Shown here in pieces: positions 41,599 to 52,369 of a DNA stretch of 64,000 bases (the first letter of the stretch is position 1; the number at the start of each line of letters is the position of its first letter). The DNA is from an uncultured Armatimonadetes bacterium (GTDB lineage Bacteria; Armatimonadota; UBA5829; DTJY01). A program made the position numbers and the translations under genes. The notes beneath the pieces are model-generated. The model saw nothing but the letters and a program-made list of their open reading frames with translations. It did not search any database and had not been told where the DNA came from. The stretch covers positions 5,056,001 to 5,120,000 of the forward strand of contig OY970325.1 of assembly GCA_963717145.1 (NCBI GenBank). Direction: 5' to 3'.

Positions 41599-43200
41599 TC
41601 ACCGTATCCAATAATACAGCCCCACGGTCACCAGGCTGAGCGCGCCCCACTGAAGCCGCCAGTCGCGGAGCCCCTCGAAGGCCTCGCGCTTGGCATGCCA
41701 GTCCACAGTCGTCAGCTTCAGTTGCTCGGGATCGGTCTTCCGCGTGAACGCCGAGGTAATGAAGAGAGCCGCCGTTACGATCAGCGTCCCCCATAGACCT
41801 CGATAGGTGTAGTTCAAAGTCATCTTGTGGTGGAGCCACGGGAAGACCTGCTGTCCGGCCTGGACGCCCATGAGCTGGTCCGCCACGAATATCGACGCCA
41901 GCCCGATCCCCACGAGCACCGAGACGGCCGCACCCGTGAGCGTCACCCGCCTGCTCATGATCCCGAACACGATCGCCGGGGTGATCGGCATCACCAGGTA
42001 GATCGAGATCGTCTGCAGGTACTTGTACAGCCCGTCCGGAGTCTTGTACACCAGATACGCCGCTCCGATGCCCAGAACCGCGCCGATCAGGATCGCCAAC
42101 CGCCCGATCGCGACCTGTGCCCGTTCGCCGGTCCCTGGACGGAAGTGCAGGACGAAATCGCGCACCACGAGCGTCGAGATCGAGTTCATCACCGCGAGCA
42201 GCGAGGAGATCATCGCGGCCAGAAGCGACGCGAGGAGGAGTCCCCTCATCCCGCTCGGCAGCAGCTCGTTCAGCAGTGTCACGAAGGTCGTCTTCGATTC
42301 GCCGCCGGGGAAGAGCACTAGCGCGATCACGCCGGGGAGCGCGAAGATGAACACAGGCGTGAGCTTCAGGAGAGTCGCGAACATCGCGCCCCATCGAGCC
42401 TGCTGCAGGTCGCGGCCCCCGAGCATTCGCTGGACGTTGACCTGGTCGATCCCCCAGTAGAAGATGCCGCCGTAGATCGCGCCGGCGATGACCCCCCAGA
42501 ACGGGTAGTTCGGATCATCGAACGGTTTCGCCATGTGCATCGCCTGAGGAGCCGCCGCGCAGAGTGCGTGCCAGCCGCCGACCTTGTGCAGGCCGATCAA
42601 TGTCATCGCGCCGCTCCCGATGAGCATGATGACGGTCTGGATCGTATCGGTGTATGCGACCGTCGTGAAACCGCCGATCATCGTGATCACGGCGACCATC
42701 GCACCGAGGGCGACCACCGTCGTCATGATGCTCCATCCCGTCAGCGCGTGGAGAACGAGCGCCCCGGCATAGAGCGTGAACGCGGTCTTCGTCATGATGC
42801 AGATCACGAGCATCAGCCCGGAGAAGACGCTCCGCGCGTGCGGCGAGTAGCGCTTCTCGAGGAACTCGGGGATCGTGAAGACCTTGTTCCGCATGTAGTA
42901 GGGCAGCAGGACCGCGGCGGCGAACCCGAGGCAGATCGCGGTGGTGAGTTCGACCGTCCCGGCGCATAGCCCGTACCGGTAGGAGTCGCCTGAGAGGCCC
43001 ACGAGGTGCTCCGCGCCGATATTGGTCGCGAAAAGTGATGCGCCGATGATCGGCCACGTGAGAGTCCGTCCGGCGAGGAAGAACCCCGCGCTGTTCTCGG
43101 ACGAGCGCGCCCGGACCGCCAGCCACAGACCGACGGATATGCTTCCGATCAGGGCGACGAGGCAGACTACCCAATCGAGTGCGGAGAGCGTGATCTGCAT
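41599..43200 (-). CDS. sodium:solute symporter (SSS/SGLT family)
   Basis: FFLAGRTL, SLFATNIGAEHLVGLSG, TIPEFLEKRY and YWGIDQVNVQR motifs. Confidence 0.93.
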   Translation of the reverse strand: MQITLSALDWVVCLVALIGSISVGLWLAVRARSSENSAGFFLAGRTLTWPIIGASLFATNIGAEHLVGLSGDSYRYGLCAGTVELTTAICLGFAAAVLLPYYMRNKVFTIPEFLEKRYSPHARSVFSGLMLVICIMTKTAFTLYAGALVLHALTGWSIMTTVVALGAMVAVITMIGGFTTVAYTDTIQTVIMLIGSGAMTLIGLHKVGGWHALCAAAPQAMHMAKPFDDPNYPFWGVIAGAIYGGIFYWGIDQVNVQRMLGGRDLQQARWGAMFATLLKLTPVFIFALPGVIALVLFPGGESKTTFVTLLNELLPSGMRGLLLASLLAAMISSLLAVMNSISTLVVRDFVLHFRPGTGERAQVAIGRLAILIGAVLGIGAAYLVYKTPDGLYKYLQTISIYLVMPITPAIVFGIMSRRVTLTGAAVSVLVGIGLASIFVADQLMGVQAGQQVFPWLHHKMTLNYTYRGLWGTLIVTAALFITSAFTRKTDPEQLKLTTVDWHAKREAFEGLRDWRLQWGALSLVTVGLYYWIR

Positions 43201-43240
43201 GGATTCCTCCCAGAGAGGTTGAATGGATGGCCTGCGCTAT

Positions 43241-43268
43241 ATTATCAATCGGTTCCGCGCACTGTCAA
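43241..43268 (-). promoter_or_regulatory. putative sigma70 promoter of the SSS operon
   Basis: TTGACA-16 bp-GATAAT on the minus strand. Confidence 0.5.
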
Positions 43269-43277
43269 GCGAAAGCA

Positions 43278-43394
43278 CACCGTCAGTCCTGAGTTCGCCG
43301 GTGAATGACGGCGTGTAACGAAGGACGGCTCGGTGCAGCAAGGCCGTCCTTCGTTACACGCCGTCATTCACCGGCGAACTCAGGACTGACGGTG
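43278..43394. repeat. long inverted repeat (family B)
   Basis: About 50-bp perfect arms caccgtcagtcctgagttcgccggtgaatgacggcgtgtaacgaaggacggc. Confidence 0.88.
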
Positions 43395-43432
43395 GTAGGT
43401 TTCGCAGGAGTGAAGTAAGGAATGACCGCCGC

Positions 43433-43461
43433 TTGATCGCCGGGGCGGTCAACGGTATAAT
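43433..43461 (+). promoter_or_regulatory. putative sigma70 promoter
   Basis: TTGATC-17 bp-TATAAT. Confidence 0.6.
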
Positions 43462-43469
43462 GTTCCCGC

Positions 43470-43525
43470 ACATATGTCCCATGTGTCCCATACGTCCCAT
43501 ACGTCCCATAGGACCCATGCCCATG
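43470..43525. repeat. degenerate 9-mer tandem repeat
   Basis: About five copies of tcccatRNg. Confidence 0.7.
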
Positions 43526-44847
43526 CCTGACAACACCTTCCACCAGCGGATCGCGGATCTCCCGGCGATCGACGTGCACACGCACCTCATCGACGCCCGA
43601 CTCGGCGCGCGCGGCCTGCACGACATCCTGCTCTACCACATGGCCGTCAGCGATCTCTACGCCGCCGGATGCCCGAGCGGGAGCCGGCTGACCCAGTACC
43701 CCGGTTGGCCCGACGAGGAGGAAGCCCACCGGCGCATCAACGAGGCGCTCCCATACCGCCGATTCGTGCGGAACACCAGCATCTCGTGGGGGATACGCAT
43801 CATCCTCCGCGACCTCTACGGCTGGACTCAGGAGATCGACGAGGACAACTGGCGCACGCTCGACGCCCTGATCCGCGAGCGTGCCGACGACCGCGCATGG
43901 CAGCGGGAAGTCGCCCGCAAGGCCGGCATCCGGCGGTTCGGCACGGAGATCGCCCGGCGGACTCGGGCACGGACGACGACATCCTCCAGTACGCGCTCGA
44001 ATGGGGATTCTTCACGCGATGCCAGTGGGGCGAGTTCGACACCGCGCTCTACGAACTCGAGCGATGCTGGGGCGAGCAGCCCGGCACATCCGCGCCGATC
44101 GGCTCGGGCGGGCGACCGGCGACGAAACGCGTCATCCGCACAGTCGATGACATCCACGAGGCGCTCGACTGGTACATCGGCCAGTTCCCCGCGAACGTCC
44201 TGGCGACCGCGACGCACATCTCGACCGACATCGACTTCCGGCCCGTGACCGAGGACGAGATGGCCGACGCCGTGGGCCGGCGCCAGAGCGCCGGAGCGGC
44301 GGAGCGGGACATCTATGCCTCCTACATCAACGAGGCGTTCCTGAGCAGGCTCGAAGAGCGCATGGGGGACAGGATCGTCTTCCAGTTCAGCTTCGGCGCG
44401 GAGCCGCTGCCGTTCGAGACCGGAAGCCGCCTCTCGCAGCGGACCATCGCCCAGCTCGCGGAGATGATCAGCCGTCATCCCCGGCTGCGGTTCCAGTGCT
44501 TCCTCTCGAGCCGGCACGCGAACCAGTCGCTCTGCACGCTCTGCCGCGAGCTGCCGAACCTCTCGCTCTCGGGGTACTGGTGGCACAACTTCTTCCCCTC
44601 CACGATCCGCCAGGTGATGGAGGAGCGGCTCGACATGCTTCCGACCAACAGGCAGATCGGCTTCTTCTCGGACGCCTACTGCATCGAGTGGGCATATGCG
44701 AAGTCGGTCATGGTCCGAGGGGAGCTTGCGCGGGTGTTGGCGTCGAAGGTCGAGGCCGGGCAGTACGATGAGGAGACGGCGGCCGGCATCGCGCGGGATA
44801 TCCTCTTCGAAACGCCGCAGATTCTGCTCGGAATGACGCCAGGGTAG
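43517..44847 (+). CDS. amidohydrolase-fold protein, uronate isomerase (UxaC)-like (indel near 43960)
   Basis: IDVHTHL, YWWH and FFSDAY…ARVLA motifs. Confidence 0.7.
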
Positions 44848-44857
44848 TTCCAGGTGG

Positions 44858-46186
44858 TCACAACTCGCCGATGGCTCGCGCGAGCCTGTCTCGGGCAATA
44901 CTGTGCTCATACAATGCCATCAACCGGTTGTTCTGTGCCCCGACCAGGGCGGCAAGAGCATCGAGTACTTCGACGTTGATGGATTTTCCGGCTTCGTAGC
45001 GAAGTCTTATGACCCGGTAGTCTTCATCCGCCTGGGTAACCGCGGCTTCAGACAGCTTGACGTTGGTGTCAGCGGCCTGCAACTCGGCCCACACGGTGTT
45101 CACGTCCTGTTGTACCGCCAAGAGCGCCTGCTTCTCGTCCAGTCTCATCACGCCAAGCATCGCCTGGGCCTCGTCGACGGCGGCACGGCGCAGTCCGCCA
45201 TCGAGTATCGGAAGGCCGATAGTCACGCCGACGGTGAACCCGGACTCCGTGCCTCCCAAGCCGACGGACAACCCCTGCATGGCGTTCCCGTACACCTGGG
45301 GCCTGTAGGCGCTCTTTGCCACGCCGACGGTGGATTCGGCGGAACTGATCCGAGCGCGCGCCGCGGCCAACTCGGGTCTGTTCTTCATCGCCAGCGCACT
45401 GTAGGTTTCCAACGTGTCCGATACCGGCACATAGGCAAGCTTGTCTGTCAGTGTGACGTCGGAATCCTGACTCACGCCCATAGCCGCCTTCAGCTCGACC
45501 GCCGCAATCGTGGCATCACGCCGGGCATTGGTCAACTGCTGCTGGGATTCGGCGAGACCGGCCTGATTGCGAAGTAGATCATACTTGGCGATCTTCCCCT
45601 CGCTGAATGTCAGCTCGGCAATCCGGACCCGCTCCCGCTCTTCTTTCACCAGGTTGCTGTAGACGTCCACCGTTGCCTGTGCGAGCAGTGCGCGGTGGTA
45701 TGCGGCCTTGACCTCGAGTGCCACGCTGCGCTCGATGGATGCTCGATCTGAGGCAGTGGCGGCATTCATGGCCTGAGCGCTCTTTACACTCCCGGTCAGC
45801 CGTCCACCGGTGTAGAGTGGAATCATCAATCCCACCTGACCGGTAGCGGCAGTCCTATCGGGGACGAGGAAGACGCTCGACGGCATGACGCCGGGTGGCG
45901 AGGTGATGATGTCCCCCATGGTCGAATTGCCGGCGAAAACCGTCCCGGCCAACTGCGGTCTGGTCATCGCCCTGGCCATACCGATCCGTGCCTGTGTTGC
46001 CTGCGTCTGGTACCCGGCAGCTTGTGCCATCGGGTTGTGCTTCAGGCCGGCCGCTACTGCATCGGCAAGGCTCAGGTCGCTGGATATGTTGGGCAGGAGA
46101 TTCGATGTATCCGCGGCGGGCGCGATCGTCGCCGTGACCATCAGCAGGATCAATACAACAAGCGGTAGGCGGAACTTGAGCATCAT
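44858..46186 (-). CDS. TolC family outer membrane efflux protein
   Basis: LSLADAV, PLYTGG, PILDGG and RYEAG…VLDA motifs. Confidence 0.92.
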   Translation of the reverse strand: MMLKFRLPLVVLILLMVTATIAPAADTSNLLPNISSDLSLADAVAAGLKHNPMAQAAGYQTQATQARIGMARAMTRPQLAGTVFAGNSTMGDIITSPPGVMPSSVFLVPDRTAATGQVGLMIPLYTGGRLTGSVKSAQAMNAATASDRASIERSVALEVKAAYHRALLAQATVDVYSNLVKEERERVRIAELTFSEGKIAKYDLLRNQAGLAESQQQLTNARRDATIAAVELKAAMGVSQDSDVTLTDKLAYVPVSDTLETYSALAMKNRPELAAARARISSAESTVGVAKSAYRPQVYGNAMQGLSVGLGGTESGFTVGVTIGLPILDGGLRRAAVDEAQAMLGVMRLDEKQALLAVQQDVNTVWAELQAADTNVKLSEAAVTQADEDYRVIRLRYEAGKSINVEVLDALAALVGAQNNRLMALYEHSIARDRLARAIGEL

Positions 46187-46719
46187 TTCGGCGACTCCTT
46201 TCCGACTGCGAGTCGATCGCGCTTGGCTGCTTCATCTGAAAGCTGCCTCTGGATCTTCTCGCGCTGTCCCTTGTCGAGCACCTGAAGGGCTTTCTCCCAG
46301 TATACCCTGCGCAGGCTCGATACCTGTCGGGACAGCTCCGACACGGGTGCGGCATGGGCCTGGATATCCTGCATGGGCGCCTTGTCCCCGACATTCTGCA
46401 TGAATATGTGGAAATGGTCGGCGGCTTTCTGCAGATCATCTACCAACGGCTTGGATTTCGTCTTCCAATCTGACTGGAGATCTGTCAGGACCGCCGCCTG
46501 ATGCGCGGTCAGAGCAAGGTGGTCACTCTGCTTGAGCACGTAGTCTATCTCGGGGGCAGAGACAGGACCGTCAGCGGCTTTGCCGCCGAGCACCTGTCGC
46601 TCTACGATCGGCGGGCCGACGGAGGTCTTGTGATTGTTTATGGCTACCTGGAGCGCCAGAATGATCGCGATCACCAAGCCCGGGCCGATTATTATCCAAC
46701 GCCTGCGCGGTTTGGTCAT
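46183..46719 (-). CDS. membrane-anchored helical periplasmic protein (Spy/CpxP-like)
   Basis: N-terminal TM segment, LALTAHQ and VLDKGQREK motifs; translationally linked to tolC. Confidence 0.55.
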   Translation of the reverse strand: MTKPRRRWIIIGPGLVIAIILALQVAINNHKTSVGPPIVERQVLGGKAADGPVSAPEIDYVLKQSDHLALTAHQAAVLTDLQSDWKTKSKPLVDDLQKAADHFHIFMQNVGDKAPMQDIQAHAAPVSELSRQVSSLRRVYWEKALQVLDKGQREKIQRQLSDEAAKRDRLAVGKESPK

Positions 46720-46723
46720 GGGG

Positions 46724-49700
46724 TCAAGCCTCCGTCTCTTCCCTGGTCGATCCGATGCGCTTTTCGTTCTCATGGAACGAATCCGTGACCGGCCATTTCC
46801 ACTCACGCTTCAGGAACTTCCTGTGCACCCACGCGATAAGATCATCGACGTAGGTGTGCATGATCGGAATGTCGAAGAGCGACAGGATCGTGCCGATCAG
46901 CAATCCACCGAGGATGACGGTCCCCAGCGGCTGATATGCGTCCATGCCCGTCTTCGGGAAGAAAGCTACCGGGACCATGACGATCATGGTGATGATCGAG
47001 GTCATCAGGATCGGCCGCAGCCTCTGCGGGCACGCCTCCATCACGGCCTGATCCCTCGGGACCCCACGATCCCGGTATCGTGCGATCATGTCGATCAGCA
47101 GGATCGCCGTGGTGATGTCCATGCCGGTGAGGACGATGACCGCCATGATCGACACGGTCGAGAACGCCTGGTGCGCGAGGAACAATGCCAGGAACACGCC
47201 GGAGAGCTCCAGCGGCAGCGAGAACACCATCTGCAGCGGCTGCAGGAATCCCCGGAACTGAGCGACGAGCACCAGGAAGATGAAGATGAGTGCGATCTGC
47301 AGCCCCTTCAACAGCCGAGCGAAGCTGTCCATCATCTGGGTCATGTCGCCGCGGGCCTCGAGACCGTAGCCCGGCGGGAAGTTGATCTGGCTCATCGCCT
47401 TCATCTGCACATCCATCGTGAGGTCCATCGAGGGCGGGCCGTTCTTCCGGTAGAAGCCGTTGATACTGACCACTCTGCGCACACCGTCGTGCTCGATCAG
47501 ACCAGGGGACTCCTCGTACACTGATGTTGGCGACGCTCTTCAGCGGCACCTGCGCGCCACCGGGAGCAGTGATGTACAAGCTTCCCAGATCGGCGCTGTT
47601 TCGCCTGTCCTGTTGGTCGTAGCGTACCAGTACGGTGTCCTGCCGCACGTTGGGCAGCCTGTACCATTCGTTGGTGAGGCCGCCCCGCAGAGCATAGTAT
47701 GCCTGCTGCGATATCTCCTCCGGGGTCAGGCCGAGAGCCTGCGCCTTCTCGGGGATCACCTCGATCTTGTACGACGGCTTGTCGAGCCCCCAGCTTGTCG
47801 CGACCTGGTACATCCCCGGCGTGTTCTTGGCAATGTCCGCGACCTTCTCGCCGATCATCGACAACTGGTCCGTATCCTTACCATACGCGATGAGGGATAC
47901 CGGCGCCAGGGACGACGCCATGACGTCCGAGCCCATTTCCTTGATCTGGAAGCGCCGGATTCCCGGAATCGTCGCCATCGCTTCCTTCTGCACGCCGTCG
48001 ATCACCTGCCAGATGTCGCGTTTCCCGGTCAGATCTTTGTTCCTGGTGATCTTGTCCCAAAGCGTCGGCTTCCGCTCATCCTTGTCGGAGAGGGTGATCA
48101 TGAAGGTCGCCGCATTGACGGACGGCATGGCGTAGCCGGTGTAGAGAGGGCTGAATGACTCGAACATGGACTCCTGGCCGATCTCTGTCGAAATCTTCTC
48201 GATCTCGGGGTACTTGGCCATCATCTTCTCGACGGCGGTCGTTGCGCGCTCGGTTTCGGCAAAGGACGCGCCCGCGTCCATTTCGAGGACTCCATAGGCC
48301 TGGCCGACATCTGCGAGCGGCATCATCTCACTTCCGATGAAGTGGTAGAACGTGAAGCCGATGATGACGGTCACCAGGATTCGCGCCATATTCGAGAATC
48401 GGTGCAGGAGCATCCAGCGGATGATGTTGGCATAGCCTGTCTCCAGCCTGTCCAGGAACCGCTGGATCGGAGCCGAGAAATGTGCGATAGAACCACTTGC
48501 TTCGCTCCTGCTGCAGCTCGGCGTGCGGCCTCAGGAGATTCGCACAGAGCAGAGCCGTGAGCGTGAAGGAGACAAGCATCGAGGCCATCAGTCCGAAGAT
48601 GATCGGCCATACCAGTTCGCGAAACATCAACTGGACGATGCCGCCGGAGAAGAGCAGCGGAGCGAGCGCCAGCACGAGCATGATGGTGGACGCGATGACC
48701 GCAAGCCGCACCTCGGCGATGCCGTCGATCGTTGCGGTCTTGGGGTCCTTGCCCATACGCATGTGCCGTTCGACGGCGTGGATGTCGATGATCGAGTCAT
48801 CCACGAGTCGCCCGATGCAGAGCAGCAGACCGATCAGCGTGCCGCAGTTGAGCGTCATCCCCATCGGCACAAGGGCGGTGATGGCCATGGCCAGCGAGAT
48901 CGGAATGGTGATCAGGGAGATGAGAGTCCCGCGCCACTCGCCGAGGAAGAGAAGTACCGCGATCCCGGTCAGCAGGATCGCGATGCCGAGTTCCTCGAAC
49001 ATGTTCTGGAAGAGGATGTTCACGAACTGCGCGTTGTCGTAGGCGACCTCGAACTTGACGCCCGGGTTCTCCTTCTCGAGCTGTCCCAATACCTTCTGTA
49101 CTGCGGGGACGACCTTTGCGGAACTGGCTCCCGGGTCCTGTATGACCGCGACTTCTATCGACTCCTTGATCTTGCCGTGATCGACGAAATGGTATGCGCT
49201 GCGCCGCTCCCAGTGGGTGTCCGAAACGTTCGCGACATCCCGCACGTAGACGATCCGAGGCTGTCCGAGCGTATTCGTGCCGAGAGCGTCGGACGGACTC
49301 TCCGCGCCCGAGGAAATCGCGGGCGACTCCCCGCCTCCTCCACCCATCCCGCCGGCCATTCCACCGCCGCTGGGAGCGGACGGCATCGACTGCACTCCTG
49401 ATCCGGAAACACTCGCGACGGGGTAGTTCAGGACCGTCTGCGCATTGAGCGCCCGGCTGTCCACGCGAACAATGGATTCGTTCGCTCCGTCGGTAAGCGT
49501 GCCCGCGGACCGGCTGACGTTGTAGCGGTCGATGGCATTCCGCACGTCCAGAATGGACAGCTTGTAGGCGGCCAGCTTGTCGCGGTCGACGACCACCTGC
49601 AACTGACGCTTGTAGCCGCCGAACGGCACCACCGAGTACACGTCCGGGATGACTTTCAGTCGGTTGACGACTTCATTGTCCACGAACTCGCGCAATCTGA

Positions 49701-50232
49701 CCTTGTCCCACCGCTCATCCCCGGTCACGGACAGCGACAGGATCGGCAGGTTCAGCGGGTCGATGGCCAGCACCCATGAAGGCTTTATGTTCGCGCCGGT
49801 AGCCGGCAGGTTGGCCTGGATGACGTTCATCAGCGACTGAACATCGAACAGGGCCTTCTTCATGTCCGTGCCGTAGTTGAACTCCAGGCTCACGATCGAG
49901 AAACCGTCCTGCGAGGTGGAGCGAATGTAGTGCAGATTCTTGACGTTGACGAGCTGTTCCTCGATGGGCTTGGAGATGTACGTCTCCATCTCCTGCGACG
50001 ACAGGCCGGGCATCATCGTGACGACGCCGATCATCGGGCTCTCCACGTAGGGCATGAACCGCCTCGGCATGTAGAAGCCCACGGTGATGATCGCCGTGAT
50101 GATCATGGCGAGATAGAACGAAATGATGACGTAGGGGTGCTCGATCGACCACTTGTGGATCATGTGCAGAGCGTTTGCCGCTCTGGTCTCGAGCCTGGGT
50201 TTGGCTGCAGGTGTCGAATTGCTCTCGTTCAC
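46724..50232 (-). CDS. RND efflux permease, AcrB/CusA-like (indels near 47518 and 48472)
   Basis: PGLSSQEME, GRLVDDSII, RLRPILMT and PLGTVILGGL motifs. Confidence 0.9.
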
Positions 50233-52148
50233 GGCCTGGTACCCTCCTGGCCTTTCTTCTTCGCGTCTTTGAGCATCTTCTCGACCTTCATGTTGCACTT
50301 AGGACAGAGTGCCTTCGGGTCACTGGTGATGAACTCCGGGTGCATGGGGCATGTGTAGAGCTGCGGGGACTTGTCGGCTGCCCCCTTTGTCCTGGCGGCG
50401 GGTGGCGATGATTTGTGGCTCATGTCCATGCCGGGCATATTGTCATGGGAGTCGCCATTGCCGCCCATATCCATCCCTGGCATGCTCTCCATGCCGCCGC
50501 CCGCAGGCTTGGGCAGTTCCGCCGGCCCGTTCTTACCCCAGGGCGTGACGGTGATTGCATCTCCCTCGCGCAGGTACCTCTGTCCGGCATAGATGACTTC
50601 ATCGCCCACATTGAGGCCGGAGATAATCTCGGTACGCTCGCCGTCGCTTCTGCCGACGGTGACGTAGATGAGGCGAGCGGTCTTGCCGGTCGTCGCTTCC
50701 TTTGGATCGAGCTTCATGTTGCACTTCGGACAAAGCCCCGGCTTGTCTGAGGTGACCTCCGGATGCATGGTGCAGAAATATGTCGTCTTGCCGCCGGACG
50801 CCGTGCGTTGGGTGACCCATACAGCGTCACGTCCCTCCTTGGTTGCCAGCGCAGTGGACGGGACCGTGATGGCATCCGTACTCCGCGACGTGGCGATCTG
50901 GAGGCTGACGAAATCGCCTGGGAAGAGGGAATGATCGGAGTTGGGGATGATGGCCTCGACCACGGCCGTGCGACTGGCCTGATCCGCTACGGGCGAAACC
51001 GAGGTCACGACCGCTCGGAATGTCTGCCCGGATCCCTTGAGCGTGCGAGCGACAACCGCCGCCCCGATGCTTATGGCGGCCAAGTCCTGCTGCGCGACGT
51101 TAGCCTGAAGCCGAACCTTGTCGATCTGCGCTATGTTCAGGATCGCTGTTCCCGGATTGACCAGTACGCCCGGGCTGAGATATCGTTTCGTTACAACGCC
51201 GGCGAACGGCGCGCGTATCTGCCGGTACTGATTGAACGTGGCGGCGGTGACTCTCGCCGCTCCGGCCATGTTCGCGGAGGCGGCTTTCTGTGAAACTATA
51301 GCTGTTGCCCCGGAGAGTGCCGCATCCGCCGCCTTGGCTCGATCACGGGCCACTTGTATGCCTATCTGCTTGCCGCCCAACTCGGCTTGCATGGCCTCGA
51401 CGTCGGCGCGGGCTTCCTCGACCATGGCCTGCTTGTTCCCGACCTCGGATTCGGCAGCTACGTACTGCGCCTGCTCGGAGTCAAATTCCTGCTGCGAGAC
51501 GGCACCGCTCTTGAGAAGGCTCGTCTCTCGCTTGATCTCGGCCTTCCAGTAGGTCAGGTTGGCCTGGGCGGTCTTGAGTTCCTTCTCGGCTTTGGTCACT
51601 CCGCGTTGTGTCGCCGTGACACGCGCCTTGGCGGCCGCGGCATCTTGAGTCGCGCCTGCGATCTCTCTCTGGGCGGCGCTCCTCTCCGCGCGCATTCGGG
51701 CGAGGTCCGCCTGGGCGACGGGGATCTCCTTCAAGGCGGCCGTGTGCCCGGACTGGGCCTCCGCATACTTGTTCTGCAGATCAGGGGAATCCAGCACGGC
51801 GAGGGTCTGCCCGACCGTGACTTTGTCACCATTGTAGACGCTCAGGTTCGTCAACCAGCCCTGGACCCTCGGATATATATTCTGCTCGTTGTAGGGCGCA
51901 ACTGAACCGGTGTACTTGACCATTGCGCTGAACGGCCGTCGGGTAACGAACTCGGTGGCGACAGGCACGGAGCCGAGCGGGGGTTTCATGGTGGTCATGT
52001 CCATGGCCTGCGATTCGATGACGGTCATCTGCCCGGGCCGCTTGAAATGCCTGACCGCCCAGCCTGAGACCACGAAGAGTCCCACCAGAAGCAACAAACT
52101 CCACTTGTGTGTAAACGCCCACTTTGGGGCCGTGCCGAGATTCATCAC
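50229..52148 (-). CDS. RND periplasmic adaptor with two heavy-metal-binding domains (CusB-like)
   Basis: IRAPFAGVV, YFCTMHP…CPKCNMKL and YTCPMHP…CPKCNMK motifs with an MPGMDM-rich linker. Confidence 0.9.
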   Translation of the reverse strand: MMNLGTAPKWAFTHKWSLLLLVGLFVVSGWAVRHFKRPGQMTVIESQAMDMTTMKPPLGSVPVATEFVTRRPFSAMVKYTGSVAPYNEQNIYPRVQGWLTNLSVYNGDKVTVGQTLAVLDSPDLQNKYAEAQSGHTAALKEIPVAQADLARMRAERSAAQREIAGATQDAAAAKARVTATQRGVTKAEKELKTAQANLTYWKAEIKRETSLLKSGAVSQQEFDSEQAQYVAAESEVGNKQAMVEEARADVEAMQAELGGKQIGIQVARDRAKAADAALSGATAIVSQKAASANMAGAARVTAATFNQYRQIRAPFAGVVTKRYLSPGVLVNPGTAILNIAQIDKVRLQANVAQQDLAAISIGAAVVARTLKGSGQTFRAVVTSVSPVADQASRTAVVEAIIPNSDHSLFPGDFVSLQIATSRSTDAITVPSTALATKEGRDAVWVTQRTASGGKTTYFCTMHPEVTSDKPGLCPKCNMKLDPKEATTGKTARLIYVTVGRSDGERTEIISGLNVGDEVIYAGQRYLREGDAITVTPWGKNGPAELPKPAGGGMESMPGMDMGGNGDSHDNMPGMDMSHKSSPPAARTKGAADKSPQLYTCPMHPEFITSDPKALCPKCNMKVEKMLKDAKKKGQEGTRP

Positions 52149-52294
52149 CGGTTCCCTCCGCCTGTGTTAGGATCCAAGAAGTGGTTCGTCTTGGGGTAAC
52201 GAGCAGCCGCTAGCGTCGCCGTCCCTAGCGAAGACGAGCACCGCTAACGTGGGTTCCACGTTTTTTCGAAATAAATCCTCCTTAACCTATCGGC

Positions 52295-52327
52295 AAACAA
52301 AACAGGCCGGCCCCGAAGGACCGGCCC
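52295..52327 (-). terminator. intrinsic terminator after metY
   Basis: gggccggtccttcggggccggcc followed by tgttttgttt on the minus strand. Confidence 0.75.
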
Positions 52328-52369
52328 GAGTCTGTAGTGCCGCGCGTCTCTGCCGGCCTCGATAGTGTT

